Shown in pieces: positions 25,173 to 32,493 of a stretch of 43,725 bases of DNA. The stretch is from a virus: IMG/VR virus record IMGVR_UViG_3300035494_000048; one strand, given 5' to 3'. The translations under genes were made by a program, and so were the position numbers. The first letter of the stretch is position 1. Each line of letters starts with the position of its first letter. Below the pieces are notes generated by a model. That model had not been told where the DNA came from. It saw nothing but the letters and a program-made list of their open reading frames with translations, and searched no databases.

Positions 25173-25321
25173 ACTCGACTCCATAGTTCCGAATTGTTCA
25201 GTTCAGCCTCTACGGCCCAGCGAAAGCCGCTGAGCGCCTGCATCAGGTGTGCGGCGCCGTTGCTGCGGGCGATGTAGTAGCGGGTGTTCGTGGGTTTGTG
25301 CAGCCAGATCGTGGTTCGCAT
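25169..25321 (-). CDS. Hypothetical 50-aa protein (MRTTIWLHKPTNTRYYIARSNGAAHLMQAL...)
   Basis: GGAGG RBS 6 nt upstream of the ATG. Stop overlaps the next ATG. Below the ORF-track cutoff. Confidence 0.45.
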   Translation of the reverse strand: MRTTIWLHKPTNTRYYIARSNGAAHLMQALSGFRWAVEAELNNSELWSRV

Positions 25322-25400
25322 GGGGCCTCCGGTGGGCGGCAGCGGTAGCAGTCACAGATGCCAATTCGCTGGCCAGAGGTGCGGCAGTAGGTCGGGGCGT

Positions 25401-25802
25401 TCACAACTTCTCGCGCAGCCCCTCGTCGGTGATGATGCGGCGCACCGATCGGGAGTCGATGCCGATCCGCTCGCTTATCTGCACGCTGTTGAGCCCCTGT
25501 CTGAGCAGCGGCAGGATCGAGTCGATGTTGCGCTGCCGCTGTTCGCGGTGCTTGTCGGTGTTTCCGGAGCGTTTCTTCATGGCGCTGTTCTTGACGCCGC
25601 GGCGCCGGCTGGCATCCTCGGCCGCACGGTTGCCCTGGTTGTTGTTCCAGGTGCGCTCTGGTATCGGGCGGTACTGGAAGCCTTCGATGATCTGGATCGT
25701 TCCGCCGCTGGTAACGTACTCGTCCATCTGTGCGGCTAGTTTCTGGCGCTCAGCCTCGTGCGCGGCAAGCGTATTCACGCGGTCGTATGCGTAGTTCTGC
25801 AT
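25401..25802 (-). CDS. DNA-binding protein with C-terminal resolvase-type HTH
   Basis: 133 aa from ATG 25802 (MQNYAYDRV...). C-terminus LRQGLNSVQISERIGIDSRSVRRII is HTH-like. The longer track ORF start would overlap the upstream gene. Confidence 0.55.
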   Translation of the reverse strand: MQNYAYDRVNTLAAHEAERQKLAAQMDEYVTSGGTIQIIEGFQYRPIPERTWNNNQGNRAAEDASRRRGVKNSAMKKRSGNTDKHREQRQRNIDSILPLLRQGLNSVQISERIGIDSRSVRRIITDEGLREKL

Positions 25803-25846
25803 TGGGATGTACCGGGGAGGAGGGCGCGCTGGGCGCCCGGGGTGGA

Positions 25847-26314
25847 TCAGGCGGCGGCGCGCTGCTTCATGGTGAAGTCGCGATGCAGTTTCGAGTGACA
25901 CGAGACGCACAGCCAGACAACCGAAAGCGGTTTGTCGTAGTCGACGTGGTGTCCGTGCAGGCGCTCAGTGTTGAAGCAACCTGGCGCCATACAGCATGGT
26001 GATTTCCAGAGGCGCTTGTCCCTGACGGCGTTATCGACCGTACATGCTGCCGAGTACTTTTCTGGATTTCGCTCCACGTATGCGCGCTTTGCAGCGTTTG
26101 CGCGCTCTCGTCCGCGCTCAGTGCGCTGGTAATTTGCTCGGGCCTCAACACGGTGAGGAAGGTTTGCTCTGCGGCGCTCGTACTCGCGATACGCTTCACG
26201 GTTCCGTGCGTAATTCGCGCGCACGGCTGCCTTGCGACATTCCTTGCAGGTCTTGTCGCGGTTATAGAAGTCAGTATCTGCTTTCTGATCGCCGCACTTA
26301 GCACAGTGCTTCAT
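25847..26314 (-). CDS. HNH-type nuclease / zinc-finger protein
   Basis: 155 aa from ATG 26314 (AGGAG RBS). N-terminal CxxC...CxxC. C-terminus HGHHVDYDKPLSVVWLCVSCHSKLH is an HNH motif. Confidence 0.7.
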   Translation of the reverse strand: MKHCAKCGDQKADTDFYNRDKTCKECRKAAVRANYARNREAYREYERRRANLPHRVEARANYQRTERGRERANAAKRAYVERNPEKYSAACTVDNAVRDKRLWKSPCCMAPGCFNTERLHGHHVDYDKPLSVVWLCVSCHSKLHRDFTMKQRAAA

Positions 26315-26333
26315 GCGGCGCTCCTGAATGGGC

Positions 26334-26663
26334 TTATGCCCCAGCGAGGTGATGCAGGGGGAGGAAGGGAATTTCCGAGTCAAAATCATCCGGCGGCGCG
26401 GCCTGCTGGCTCCGCTGCGGCTGTTGGCGCTGCTGCTGCGGCTGCCCTTGCTGCTGATCGTCGCGCGGTTCAAACAGGGCCAGCCAGATCGAGCCGTCCT
26501 CGTCGACCTTGCAGCCGGCCGGGTTGAAGAAGGCGTCCATCTTCATACGGAAGCCCTTATCGGTCTGGATGACCGCGCCGACCTTCCGACTGAGGTACTT
26601 GGTCTCGCCGTTCTTCTCGTACTTCCCGACCGTTGCCACAACGTCATACTTGTGCTTCGCCAT
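26334..26663 (-). CDS. SSB-like single-strand DNA-binding protein (short N-domain, Gln/Pro linker, acidic tip)
   Basis: Architecture: about 70-aa domain, QQQGQPQQQRQQPQRSQQAAPP linker, then DDFDSEIPF. Lies directly downstream of recT. Confidence 0.5.
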   Translation of the reverse strand: MAKHKYDVVATVGKYEKNGETKYLSRKVGAVIQTDKGFRMKMDAFFNPAGCKVDEDGSIWLALFEPRDDQQQGQPQQQRQQPQRSQQAAPPDDFDSEIPFLPLHHLAGA

Positions 26664-27466
26664 TATTGCTGCTCTCCGCTTGCGTCATTGACCACTTCAA
26701 AATCTCCATCGAAGACGTACTCGTTACCCTGCGGCAGCCCGGCCTCTGCGGCCTCGTCCAGGGTGACGGCGCGCTGGATCTCGACCGACACTGGCAGGTA
26801 CTTGAAGAGGCGGCGGATAACCGTCTTCTTGGCCATCTCTTCCCAGTGACTGACCCACGGCCCGGACTTTCCGGCCTTGCTCTGTGAGCGAACCGCCTCT
26901 ACCTGCGCCTTGCTCATCACCTCGAACTGCACCCCGCCGCCCTGCAGTCGGGCGACCGCATAGACGTGGGTGATCTCGCCGGCGTGCTCGCCCTCGAACG
27001 GCTTGTGGGTCAGGTCTTCGTGCAGCCCGAGCTGATAGTCGAACTCGTCGTGTTCGCGCACTGTGCGCGCCGACAGGCTGACGATTTGCCCGGATCGGCG
27101 GGCCAGGTCGATCATGCCGCGATAGCCGATGATCAGCTGCACCTGGTTCCCGTAGGGCAGCAGGTAGGCGTGGCCTAGAGAGTTGCCCGGCTCCAGGCCA
27201 AGCTGGGCGCATTGGATGACCGAGCCGAGGAAGCTGTGCTGATCGCACTTGACCAGCGCCGGGGTCTTCCGGATCTCGGTGGTGACGATCCGCGCCATCC
27301 GCTCGGCCGTCATGTGCTTTGGCAGCGCCGCGGCGAATTGCGCCTTCATCTTCGGGCTTGCCAGCATTGCGGCCAGGCTGTCGGCTGGGCTGCGTGGCTT
27401 GACCTGCTGGCCGGTGGCTTGCTGCATGTCCTTCTGCGAGAAGGGTGCGACGTTCTCAGTGTTCAT
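26663..27466 (-). CDS. recT: RecT-family single-strand annealing protein
   Basis: 267 aa from ATG 27466 (ATGA overlap with the exonuclease stop). Classic RecT blocks (SFLGSVIQCAQLGLEPG..LGHAYLLPYGN..QLIIGYRGMIDLARRSG). Confidence 0.9.
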   Translation of the reverse strand: MNTENVAPFSQKDMQQATGQQVKPRSPADSLAAMLASPKMKAQFAAALPKHMTAERMARIVTTEIRKTPALVKCDQHSFLGSVIQCAQLGLEPGNSLGHAYLLPYGNQVQLIIGYRGMIDLARRSGQIVSLSARTVREHDEFDYQLGLHEDLTHKPFEGEHAGEITHVYAVARLQGGGVQFEVMSKAQVEAVRSQSKAGKSGPWVSHWEEMAKKTVIRRLFKYLPVSVEIQRAVTLDEAAEAGLPQGNEYVFDGDFEVVNDASGEQQ

Positions 27467-28296
27467 CTTCGATCCTTGGCCCAATAGGGCAGAGAGAGGG
27501 TTTCGACGCCAGACCATTCACCGGTGCGGATGCAGTCGGCGTAGGTGGCCATGTCCTCAAGGTATGTGTCTCGACCGATCGACTTGGCTTCGTGGTCGAG
27601 CGTGAAAAGGCGCACCGGGTACTTGCCGCACTCGATGCTTGTGCTAACGACCAGGAACACGAACGCGGCCGGCTGCTCGCCGAAGTGCGCTGCGTAGCCG
27701 TCGCAGTAGAACGGGTCTTGGACGTAATAGCGGTACTCGTAGACGGAGCTGGCGAACTTCTCCATATCGCCTGTCGTCTTCACGTCGGCGATCCAGCCAA
27801 GCGAGGTGATGGTCTTGTCCGGCCGGCAGCGCGCCAGGAGGCCCGTCGACTGCTCTTTCCAGTAGATGCTGGCCTCTGCATCGCCTTCGGCCTCAATCAG
27901 CCAGCGTGCGTGCGGATGGGCCATCACGCTCTCGCGGATCAGCATAACCTTCCGGCCTTCGTCGGCGGTGAGGACGGTCTGGCCATTCAGCCCGGCCTCG
28001 AACTCCTCCCATTTTTCTTTGCCGGCCTTGGTGTTGCGCGGCGCGTCGGCCGGCCCGATGGCGTACTGCTCAGCGAACCGGTGCGGCTCAAGCAGGATGG
28101 CGTGCACTGCGTCGCCGATGTTTAGCGCCGACTTCTTCTCCTCGTCCTCTGGGGCGGCCTTGCTCCACTGGTACAGCGCCGGGCTCTTGTGGATCAGGTC
28201 AAGCTGCGACTTAGAGACGCCTGGCCCGCCGTGGTAGGCCTCGTTGCTGAGGTCGCGGTAGTAGCCTGGCGTGATTGCCTCGACTGGAGCGTTCAT
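27463..28296 (-). CDS. RecE/ExoVIII-type PD-(D/E)XK exonuclease
   Basis: 277 aa. YHGGPGVSKSQL...GDAVHAILLEP...RCRPD...IADVKTT pattern of the PDDEXK_1 exonuclease VIII family. Paired with recT. Confidence 0.8.
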   Translation of the reverse strand: MNAPVEAITPGYYRDLSNEAYHGGPGVSKSQLDLIHKSPALYQWSKAAPEDEEKKSALNIGDAVHAILLEPHRFAEQYAIGPADAPRNTKAGKEKWEEFEAGLNGQTVLTADEGRKVMLIRESVMAHPHARWLIEAEGDAEASIYWKEQSTGLLARCRPDKTITSLGWIADVKTTGDMEKFASSVYEYRYYVQDPFYCDGYAAHFGEQPAAFVFLVVSTSIECGKYPVRLFTLDHEAKSIGRDTYLEDMATYADCIRTGEWSGVETLSLPYWAKDRR

Positions 28297-28298
28297 GC

Positions 28299-28469
28299 TC
28301 AGCCTCCGAAAAGTTTGTAGATCGCCGCCTCACCAATGAGGCCGACGATCAGCGTTGCGGAAAGGACGCCGAACCCGGTAAGGGTCCACCAAGCAGCTGC
28401 GAAGCTGTGGCCTGATGGGGTGTCGTCGTGCGGGCCGGTGTCGTAGGGGAGGGGGAGGGTGCGGTTCAT
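28299..28469 (-). CDS. 56-aa membrane protein (C-terminal TM WWTLTGFGVLSATLIVGLIGEAAIY)
   Basis: ATGA overlap with the upstream gene stop. Stop lies 2 nt before the exonuclease ATG. Below the track cutoff. Confidence 0.45.
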   Translation of the reverse strand: MNRTLPLPYDTGPHDDTPSGHSFAAAWWTLTGFGVLSATLIVGLIGEAAIYKLFGG

Positions 28470-28870
28470 GGGGTCACCAGTTCAGCCGGGACTTGAACTG
28501 TGTCGCCCAGCTTGGCGGCCACGATGGCGCGACAGGCGGCGATCAGCGGCGTCTCGCCTTCCATCAGGTGCAGGTCTGGAGTCGGCAGGTCATCATCCCA
28601 GCAAGCCGATTCCCAGCAATTAGCCGATGCAACGCAGTTCAGGTCGCACCCGTACCTGTGAATCAGCGCGCCGCCCTGATCCCATTCAGTTGATGGCGAG
28701 TAGTGGTTGGCCCAGCAGCCACCATCGGCTAGCTGGTACACGCAGCTGACGGTATTCCCGTCGCCCCATTCCACTACCTTCACTTGGCTTGCATCAGTTG
28801 CCTTTGCTACAGCCCAGTTCAGCGCTGGGCCGCTCAAGTCTGCGGTATCCACTTTGATCATCTGGCTCAT
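28466..28870 (-). CDS. DUF2591-like phage protein
   Basis: 134 aa. N-terminus DLSGPALNWAVAKA is typical of DUF2591 (by recollection). Confidence 0.6.
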   Translation of the reverse strand: MSQMIKVDTADLSGPALNWAVAKATDASQVKVVEWGDGNTVSCVYQLADGGCWANHYSPSTEWDQGGALIHRYGCDLNCVASANCWESACWDDDLPTPDLHLMEGETPLIAACRAIVAAKLGDTVQVPAELVTP

Positions 28871-28986
28871 CCCGTCACCTTCCCTGCCAGTCCGCTAATC
28901 ACAGCCAGCAGCGAGAACACTGCCAGGCCGTAGCCGTAGAATTTCCAGAACGCTAGGCGCTTGGCTTTTTGATAACTCGACGCCAT
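28867..28986 (-). CDS. 39-aa membrane micro-protein (MASSYQKAKRLAFWKFYGYGLAVFSLLAVISGLAGKVTG)
   Basis: ATGA-coupled to the downstream gene and TGATG-coupled to the upstream micro-ORF. Confidence 0.4.
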   Translation of the reverse strand: MASSYQKAKRLAFWKFYGYGLAVFSLLAVISGLAGKVTG

Positions 28987-29084
28987 CACACACCCCCCAT
29001 AAGCGCCACGTACGCGAGAGCCGCTAAGAAAGGCGCCACTCCGCCATACAGCAGGAAGGCGCCGGCTATGTTCTTGAGGGTCAT
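28986..29084 (-). CDS. 32-aa membrane micro-protein (MTLKNIAGAFLLYGGVAPFLAALAYVALMGGV)
   Basis: ATGA overlap with the stop of the 29081..29278 gene. Hydrophobic. Confidence 0.4.
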   Translation of the reverse strand: MTLKNIAGAFLLYGGVAPFLAALAYVALMGGV

Positions 29085-29278
29085 GGCTGCTCTCCTTGCA
29101 TGGCCTCGCCGAGAGTTACAAACCGGAATGAATCAGGCAGCTTTACAGCCTCAATTGAGCCGCCAGATAGGGACTGGATCATCTGGATCAAAACGTCCTG
29201 GCACTCGGCCGGAAATTTTATGTGGCATACCGCTCCGTCAATCTCTGCGGTGATTTGTAGCCGTGTGATTCGAGTCAT
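29081..29278 (-). CDS. Hypothetical protein (65 aa)
   Basis: ORF coupled to both neighbours. Confidence 0.5.
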   Translation of the reverse strand: MTRITRLQITAEIDGAVCHIKFPAECQDVLIQMIQSLSGGSIEAVKLPDSFRFVTLGEAMQGEQP

Positions 29279-29562
29279 GGATGGGCTCCTTGCAGGGCGG
29301 CGCGTATTTGTGATCTAAGAGCGGCGACTCCGTCTTTCCAGCCCCTGCGATAGCAGTAGTTCTGCTCAGCGTGCAGGGCGCCACTTCCGACCGGAACAAG
29401 GCTTCTTCCTGGCAGCTTTGCCTTGATGCCGCGGTGTAGTGCGCTTACCTGCGCCTCCAGAGCATCCCGCTCAGCGAGAAGGGCGTCGTAGTCGGAGGCA
29501 TAAACCATTTCGCTGCACTCGCTCCCGGCCTTCACTAGATAACGCACTACTTCCTTGCTCAT
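29275..29562 (-). CDS. Hypothetical protein (95 aa)
   Basis: ATG 29562 (MSKEVVRYL...) forms an ATGA overlap with the upstream stop. The longer track ORF is rejected. Confidence 0.5.
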   Translation of the reverse strand: MSKEVVRYLVKAGSECSEMVYASDYDALLAERDALEAQVSALHRGIKAKLPGRSLVPVGSGALHAEQNYCYRRGWKDGVAALRSQIRAALQGAHP

Positions 29563-29924
29563 GCCGCCTCCTGCTTGCTCTGTTCGATCTGCTCTGCCTT
29601 GCTGCGCAACTGCGCCGCGTGGTGTTCGATGAATGCCGCTTGCTGCTTGTCGATGCTCCAGACGATCTCGTTCAGGGCTTCGTCTAGCCATTCGTTCGAG
29701 TAGCCGATCCGGCTGCGCAGGGCGTCCCACTTGCCGGAGCAGATGGACAGGATCAGCGCCTTGGCCAGCGCGGCCGGCACCTCTAGCTTGTCCTCGCAGA
29801 ACTCGGCGTATGCCTGCATGGTTGGTTCGTGGAGGCTGTCGAGCGCGGCCAGAACCTGATCTGCCTCGGAAACGCTGTCATCCGGGCACGGCTGTTCGCG
29901 GCGCCCTATGGGTCCGTATTGCAT
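29559..29924 (-). CDS. Hypothetical protein (121 aa)
   Basis: ORF with a GAGGT RBS. First gene after a 189-bp gap. Confidence 0.55.
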   Translation of the reverse strand: MQYGPIGRREQPCPDDSVSEADQVLAALDSLHEPTMQAYAEFCEDKLEVPAALAKALILSICSGKWDALRSRIGYSNEWLDEALNEIVWSIDKQQAAFIEHHAAQLRSKAEQIEQSKQEAA

Positions 29925-30113
29925 GGTGGTTACCTCTGTGCCCGGATGGGCTGGGGGAATGAATGCCTGCTACCGATTCCCGGCAGGCGCTAGGCAGGAG
30001 TTGTCTTCCGTGACGCCGGATCGGCTCCAGCTGATGGTCATGGCGCTACCAGCACCGCGCGCCGTACGGTTATCGCAGACCTGGGGGTCTGGCCTGGCTG
30101 GTTCAGGCGGGGG

Positions 30114-30311
30114 TTATTCAAGCGGCATGATTGGTAGCGGTCCGATGAATCCGTAGACGTGGCCTCGGTACGCTTGAGGCGAGAGTGGATACCACCATTT
30201 CCCGTCCATCCAAGTCAGAAAAATCCGATCGGCTACGATGTCTATCGGGCCGTTGACATAGGCCACGTAGCAGCCTCGTTTGGTTGGCTCGCCTTCCTGA
30301 ATGTCGAGCAT
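30114..30311 (-). CDS. Hypothetical protein (65 aa)
   Basis: ATG 30311 with an AAGGAG RBS (the track starts at GTG 30314). Confidence 0.55.
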   Translation of the reverse strand: MLDIQEGEPTKRGCYVAYVNGPIDIVADRIFLTWMDGKWWYPLSPQAYRGHVYGFIGPLPIMPLE

Positions 30312-30406
30312 CACTTATCTCCTTTCCAATTCCCTCTCCACCAATCCCACATGTACAGCGCTGCGAGGATGGCGCAGAGGATCAGGATTTCGGGGCCGGT
30401 TAGCAT
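30311..30406 (-). CDS. 31-aa membrane micro-protein (MLTGPEILILCAILAALYMWDWWRGNWKGDK)
   Basis: Start overlaps the upstream stop (ATGCTAA). Stop overlaps the downstream ATG (TGATG). Confidence 0.4.
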   Translation of the reverse strand: MLTGPEILILCAILAALYMWDWWRGNWKGDK

Positions 30407-30696
30407 GGCGCGCCGCGGGCCTTGGTAACTGCTGCGCGCATCTTCTCGATCCAGGCGTCACCCGTAGCAGTTCCGCATAGAAAGCCAGGGAACGATTCCA
30501 GCACCTCGAGCATGTCGAAGCTCGCAGCCATTACATGCGCTCGCTCAATCGCCTGGTCGAGATGGATTCCATGCCCCAGCGTCGGGTGCGGGTCGCGCTG
30601 GACGACTACCGCAACGCCCTGGAAAGTCTGCGGCAAGCTGCGATCAATGATGCGAACCCCTCCGCCTACCGGCGTTTCGTCCACTGCAATGCTCAT
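30400..30696 (-). CDS. Hypothetical protein (98 aa)
   Basis: ORF with an ATGA overlap to the upstream gene. Confidence 0.5.
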   Translation of the reverse strand: MSIAVDETPVGGGVRIIDRSLPQTFQGVAVVVQRDPHPTLGHGIHLDQAIERAHVMAASFDMLEVLESFPGFLCGTATGDAWIEKMRAAVTKARGAPC

Positions 30697-30983
30697 CTCA
30701 TCCTCCTATGTGCTGATGGGTGCCCGCTGCAGCCTGTCGCCAAGCTGCGGGGGTGGGGTGTTGTGTCTTTGGCGGCGTATTCCCAGGCGTTGTGTGCCAA
30801 GGTGCTGATTCGCATGTATTCGCTCTGCGTGATGACGCCGACCACTGCCAGCGCACTGATGAAGCCAAGGCATCGTGGGCCTAGCACATCAACACCATCG
30901 CGGTCGTCGCAGTTGCGCAAGTCGGTTAGCTGCCGGCCGATCTGGCGCCGGGCAAAGCCTACATCGTGATCGCTGATTTCCAT
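30693..30983 (-). CDS. Hypothetical protein (96 aa)
   Basis: ORF in the leftward operon. Confidence 0.5.
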   Translation of the reverse strand: MEISDHDVGFARRQIGRQLTDLRNCDDRDGVDVLGPRCLGFISALAVVGVITQSEYMRISTLAHNAWEYAAKDTTPHPRSLATGCSGHPSAHRRMR

Positions 30984-30998
30984 CTCTATCCCCTCCTG

Positions 30999-31367
30999 TT
31001 AAGCCGCCAACTGCGCCTCTTCCATCCGCTGAGCCCGCGCTACTGTCTGAGAGCGGGGAGCTTCCGGCCGGCGAATCGGGCGAGCCTGCGGGTTGTGCTC
31101 GGCGCCTACCAATAACGCCAGCACCAGGGGTGCGATGATTCCCCGGCGCATGGCTTCAAGGCAGAGGCCGCGTGTTGTGCGCTGGTTGCCCAGCTTGAAA
31201 CGGGCGTCGTCGAGCTGCTGCTTGACGGTGTAGTGGCTGCAGTCCATCAGCCGTGCGATTTCCTTTGCCGTCTTGTCTGTTGCTGCCCAGAGAACGGCCA
31301 GCAGCTGGCGCGGTGCCAGGCCTTCGCCGAGGCGTCCTTGCCAACCATCAATTTGGATCGTGTCCAT
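30999..31367 (-). CDS. LuxR/GerE-type HTH protein (no ligand or receiver domain); first gene of the leftward early operon
   Basis: 122 aa from ATG 31367 (AGGAG RBS). LAPRQLLAVLWAATDKTAKEIARLMDCSHYTVKQQLDDARFKLG is a GerE-type HTH. Hydrophobic stretch GIIAPLVLALLVGA follows. Confidence 0.7.
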   Translation of the reverse strand: MDTIQIDGWQGRLGEGLAPRQLLAVLWAATDKTAKEIARLMDCSHYTVKQQLDDARFKLGNQRTTRGLCLEAMRRGIIAPLVLALLVGAEHNPQARPIRRPEAPRSQTVARAQRMEEAQLAA

Positions 31368-31619
31368 CGTGGTTCTCCTTGCTTTGGGTCTTGCTGCTTT
31401 CCCAATGCCCGCTGTCTCCAACGAGCATCAGTGAAAGTCACTCCCCTTACACGCCCTGGGGATCTAGGCGCTTTGCATTGCGTGCTGGGTCATTCGCACG
31501 GTTCTGGCTATGCCATCGTCAGCCGTCGAGGTTCTTCCTCGCGTGGGCAGCCTTTCGGGGCTGTCTGATCGCCGGTCGCCAGCAGAGGCAATGCGGTCTG
31601 TTTGGTTGTTGCGCTTCAG

Positions 31620-31660
31620 TTTTAAAGAGCGTTTCGGGTCACCCCGAGGCCTCTCGGCCT
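31620..31660 (-). promoter_or_regulatory. nutL-like element: two tetraloop hairpins followed by boxA-like CGCTCTTTAAAA
   Basis: On the - strand RNA: aggcc-gaga-ggccu, cggg-guga-cccg, aaa, CGCUCUUUAAAAC. The boxA consensus CGCTCTT(T)A is matched exactly. Confidence 0.5.
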
Positions 31661-31691
31661 GTCGTCGCTGTGTTTCGCTTCGATGGGTGAG

Positions 31692-31720
31692 AATTTAGAG
31701 AACTAAACTAAAAGCGTCAA
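31692..31720 (-). promoter_or_regulatory. PL-like early promoter with overlapping operator
   Basis: - strand TTGACG, 17 nt, TAAATT. A perfect palindrome TTTAGAGAACTAAA (31694-31707) has the same TTTAG-N4-CTAAA form as the cI/cro operators. Confidence 0.65.
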
Positions 31721-31751
31721 CAAGTTTTTAAAGAAAACTTAACTGCGGGCT

Positions 31752-31779
31752 GAAAAATAAGCCCGCTCAAGGGCGGGCT
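31752..31779 (-). terminator. Rho-independent terminator after the 83-aa moron gene
   Basis: - strand agcccgc-ccttga-gcgggct followed by TATTTTT, 7 nt after the stop at 31786. Confidence 0.75.
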
Positions 31780-31785
31780 AGGGTG

Positions 31786-32037
31786 TCAGTGCTCCGATCC
31801 GGTCCAGATGACGTGCACGCTTCCGTCCGGTCTTCGTCGCATGGTCACGTTGTCGGCCTGCTCGATCTCTTCAAGAAGACGCTCCCAGTCTTCAGGTCGA
31901 TCATCAGGCCCCGGCCTGAGGTTGGCCTGGCGTTCGCGCTGCGCGGTAGGCGCCGTGATGGTGAGGTTTACGCGCCGCACTAGGCGGCTGTAGCTGGAGA
32001 GCTGACGCTGATTGGTGACGACTGCTGGTCCTGGCAT
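31786..32037 (-). CDS. Hypothetical 83-aa protein; terminator-insulated moron in the immunity region
   Basis: ATG 32037 preceded by a perfect AAGGAGG RBS. Intrinsic terminators on both sides. Upstream region is AT-richer. Confidence 0.6.
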   Translation of the reverse strand: MPGPAVVTNQRQLSSYSRLVRRVNLTITAPTAQRERQANLRPGPDDRPEDWERLLEEIEQADNVTMRRRPDGSVHVIWTGSEH

Positions 32038-32168
32038 GTGAATCCTCCTTACTGCTGGATATCCACACAGTAATTGTGAGGGTTTCACTGGGCAAGAGGA
32101 AACATGGTGGCCGTTTGCCACATGTAAAGAAGTGGCTCAGACCTAAGTAGGAGAGGGTGCCATGGATA

Positions 32169-32194
32169 CAAAAAGCCCCGCGTGGTGCGGGGCT
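32169..32194 (-). terminator. Rho-independent terminator ending the cI operon
   Basis: - strand gccccgc-accac-gcggggc followed by TTTTTGT, 6 nt after the stop at 32200. Confidence 0.8.
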
Positions 32195-32199
32195 TTGAG

Positions 32200-32493
32200 T
32201 CACTTTGGAAGGTTTGCCACAAGCGGAGCCAGATACTGCTGAACCACCCACCAGCCAGCAGCGAACACTGCTATTCCGGCGACAAGCGTATAAATGGCCA
32301 TCTGCCCTTTGGTGAGCATGTTTAGCTCAATGTTCTCCAAGCGGGTCTCGACCTTGCCTAAGGCGACCTTCATGTCTGTCATGTCTCTTTCAAGGTCTCT
32401 GATTCGGCCGTCCATCCCATCGCCTCCAGGTGGATTTGTACCTCCAGTATCACTGGATCGCCTTATCGGCACAACCGTCTCACTCCTGGCCAT
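32200..32493 (-). CDS. Coiled-coil protein with C-terminal transmembrane helix (XhlA-like architecture)
   Basis: 97 aa. RIRDLERDMTDMKVALGKVETRLENIELNML, then TM AIYTLVAGIAVFAAGWWVV. GGGAGG RBS. Overlaps the upstream gene by 14 nt. Confidence 0.6.
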   Translation of the reverse strand: MARSETVVPIRRSSDTGGTNPPGGDGMDGRIRDLERDMTDMKVALGKVETRLENIELNMLTKGQMAIYTLVAGIAVFAAGWWVVQQYLAPLVANLPK

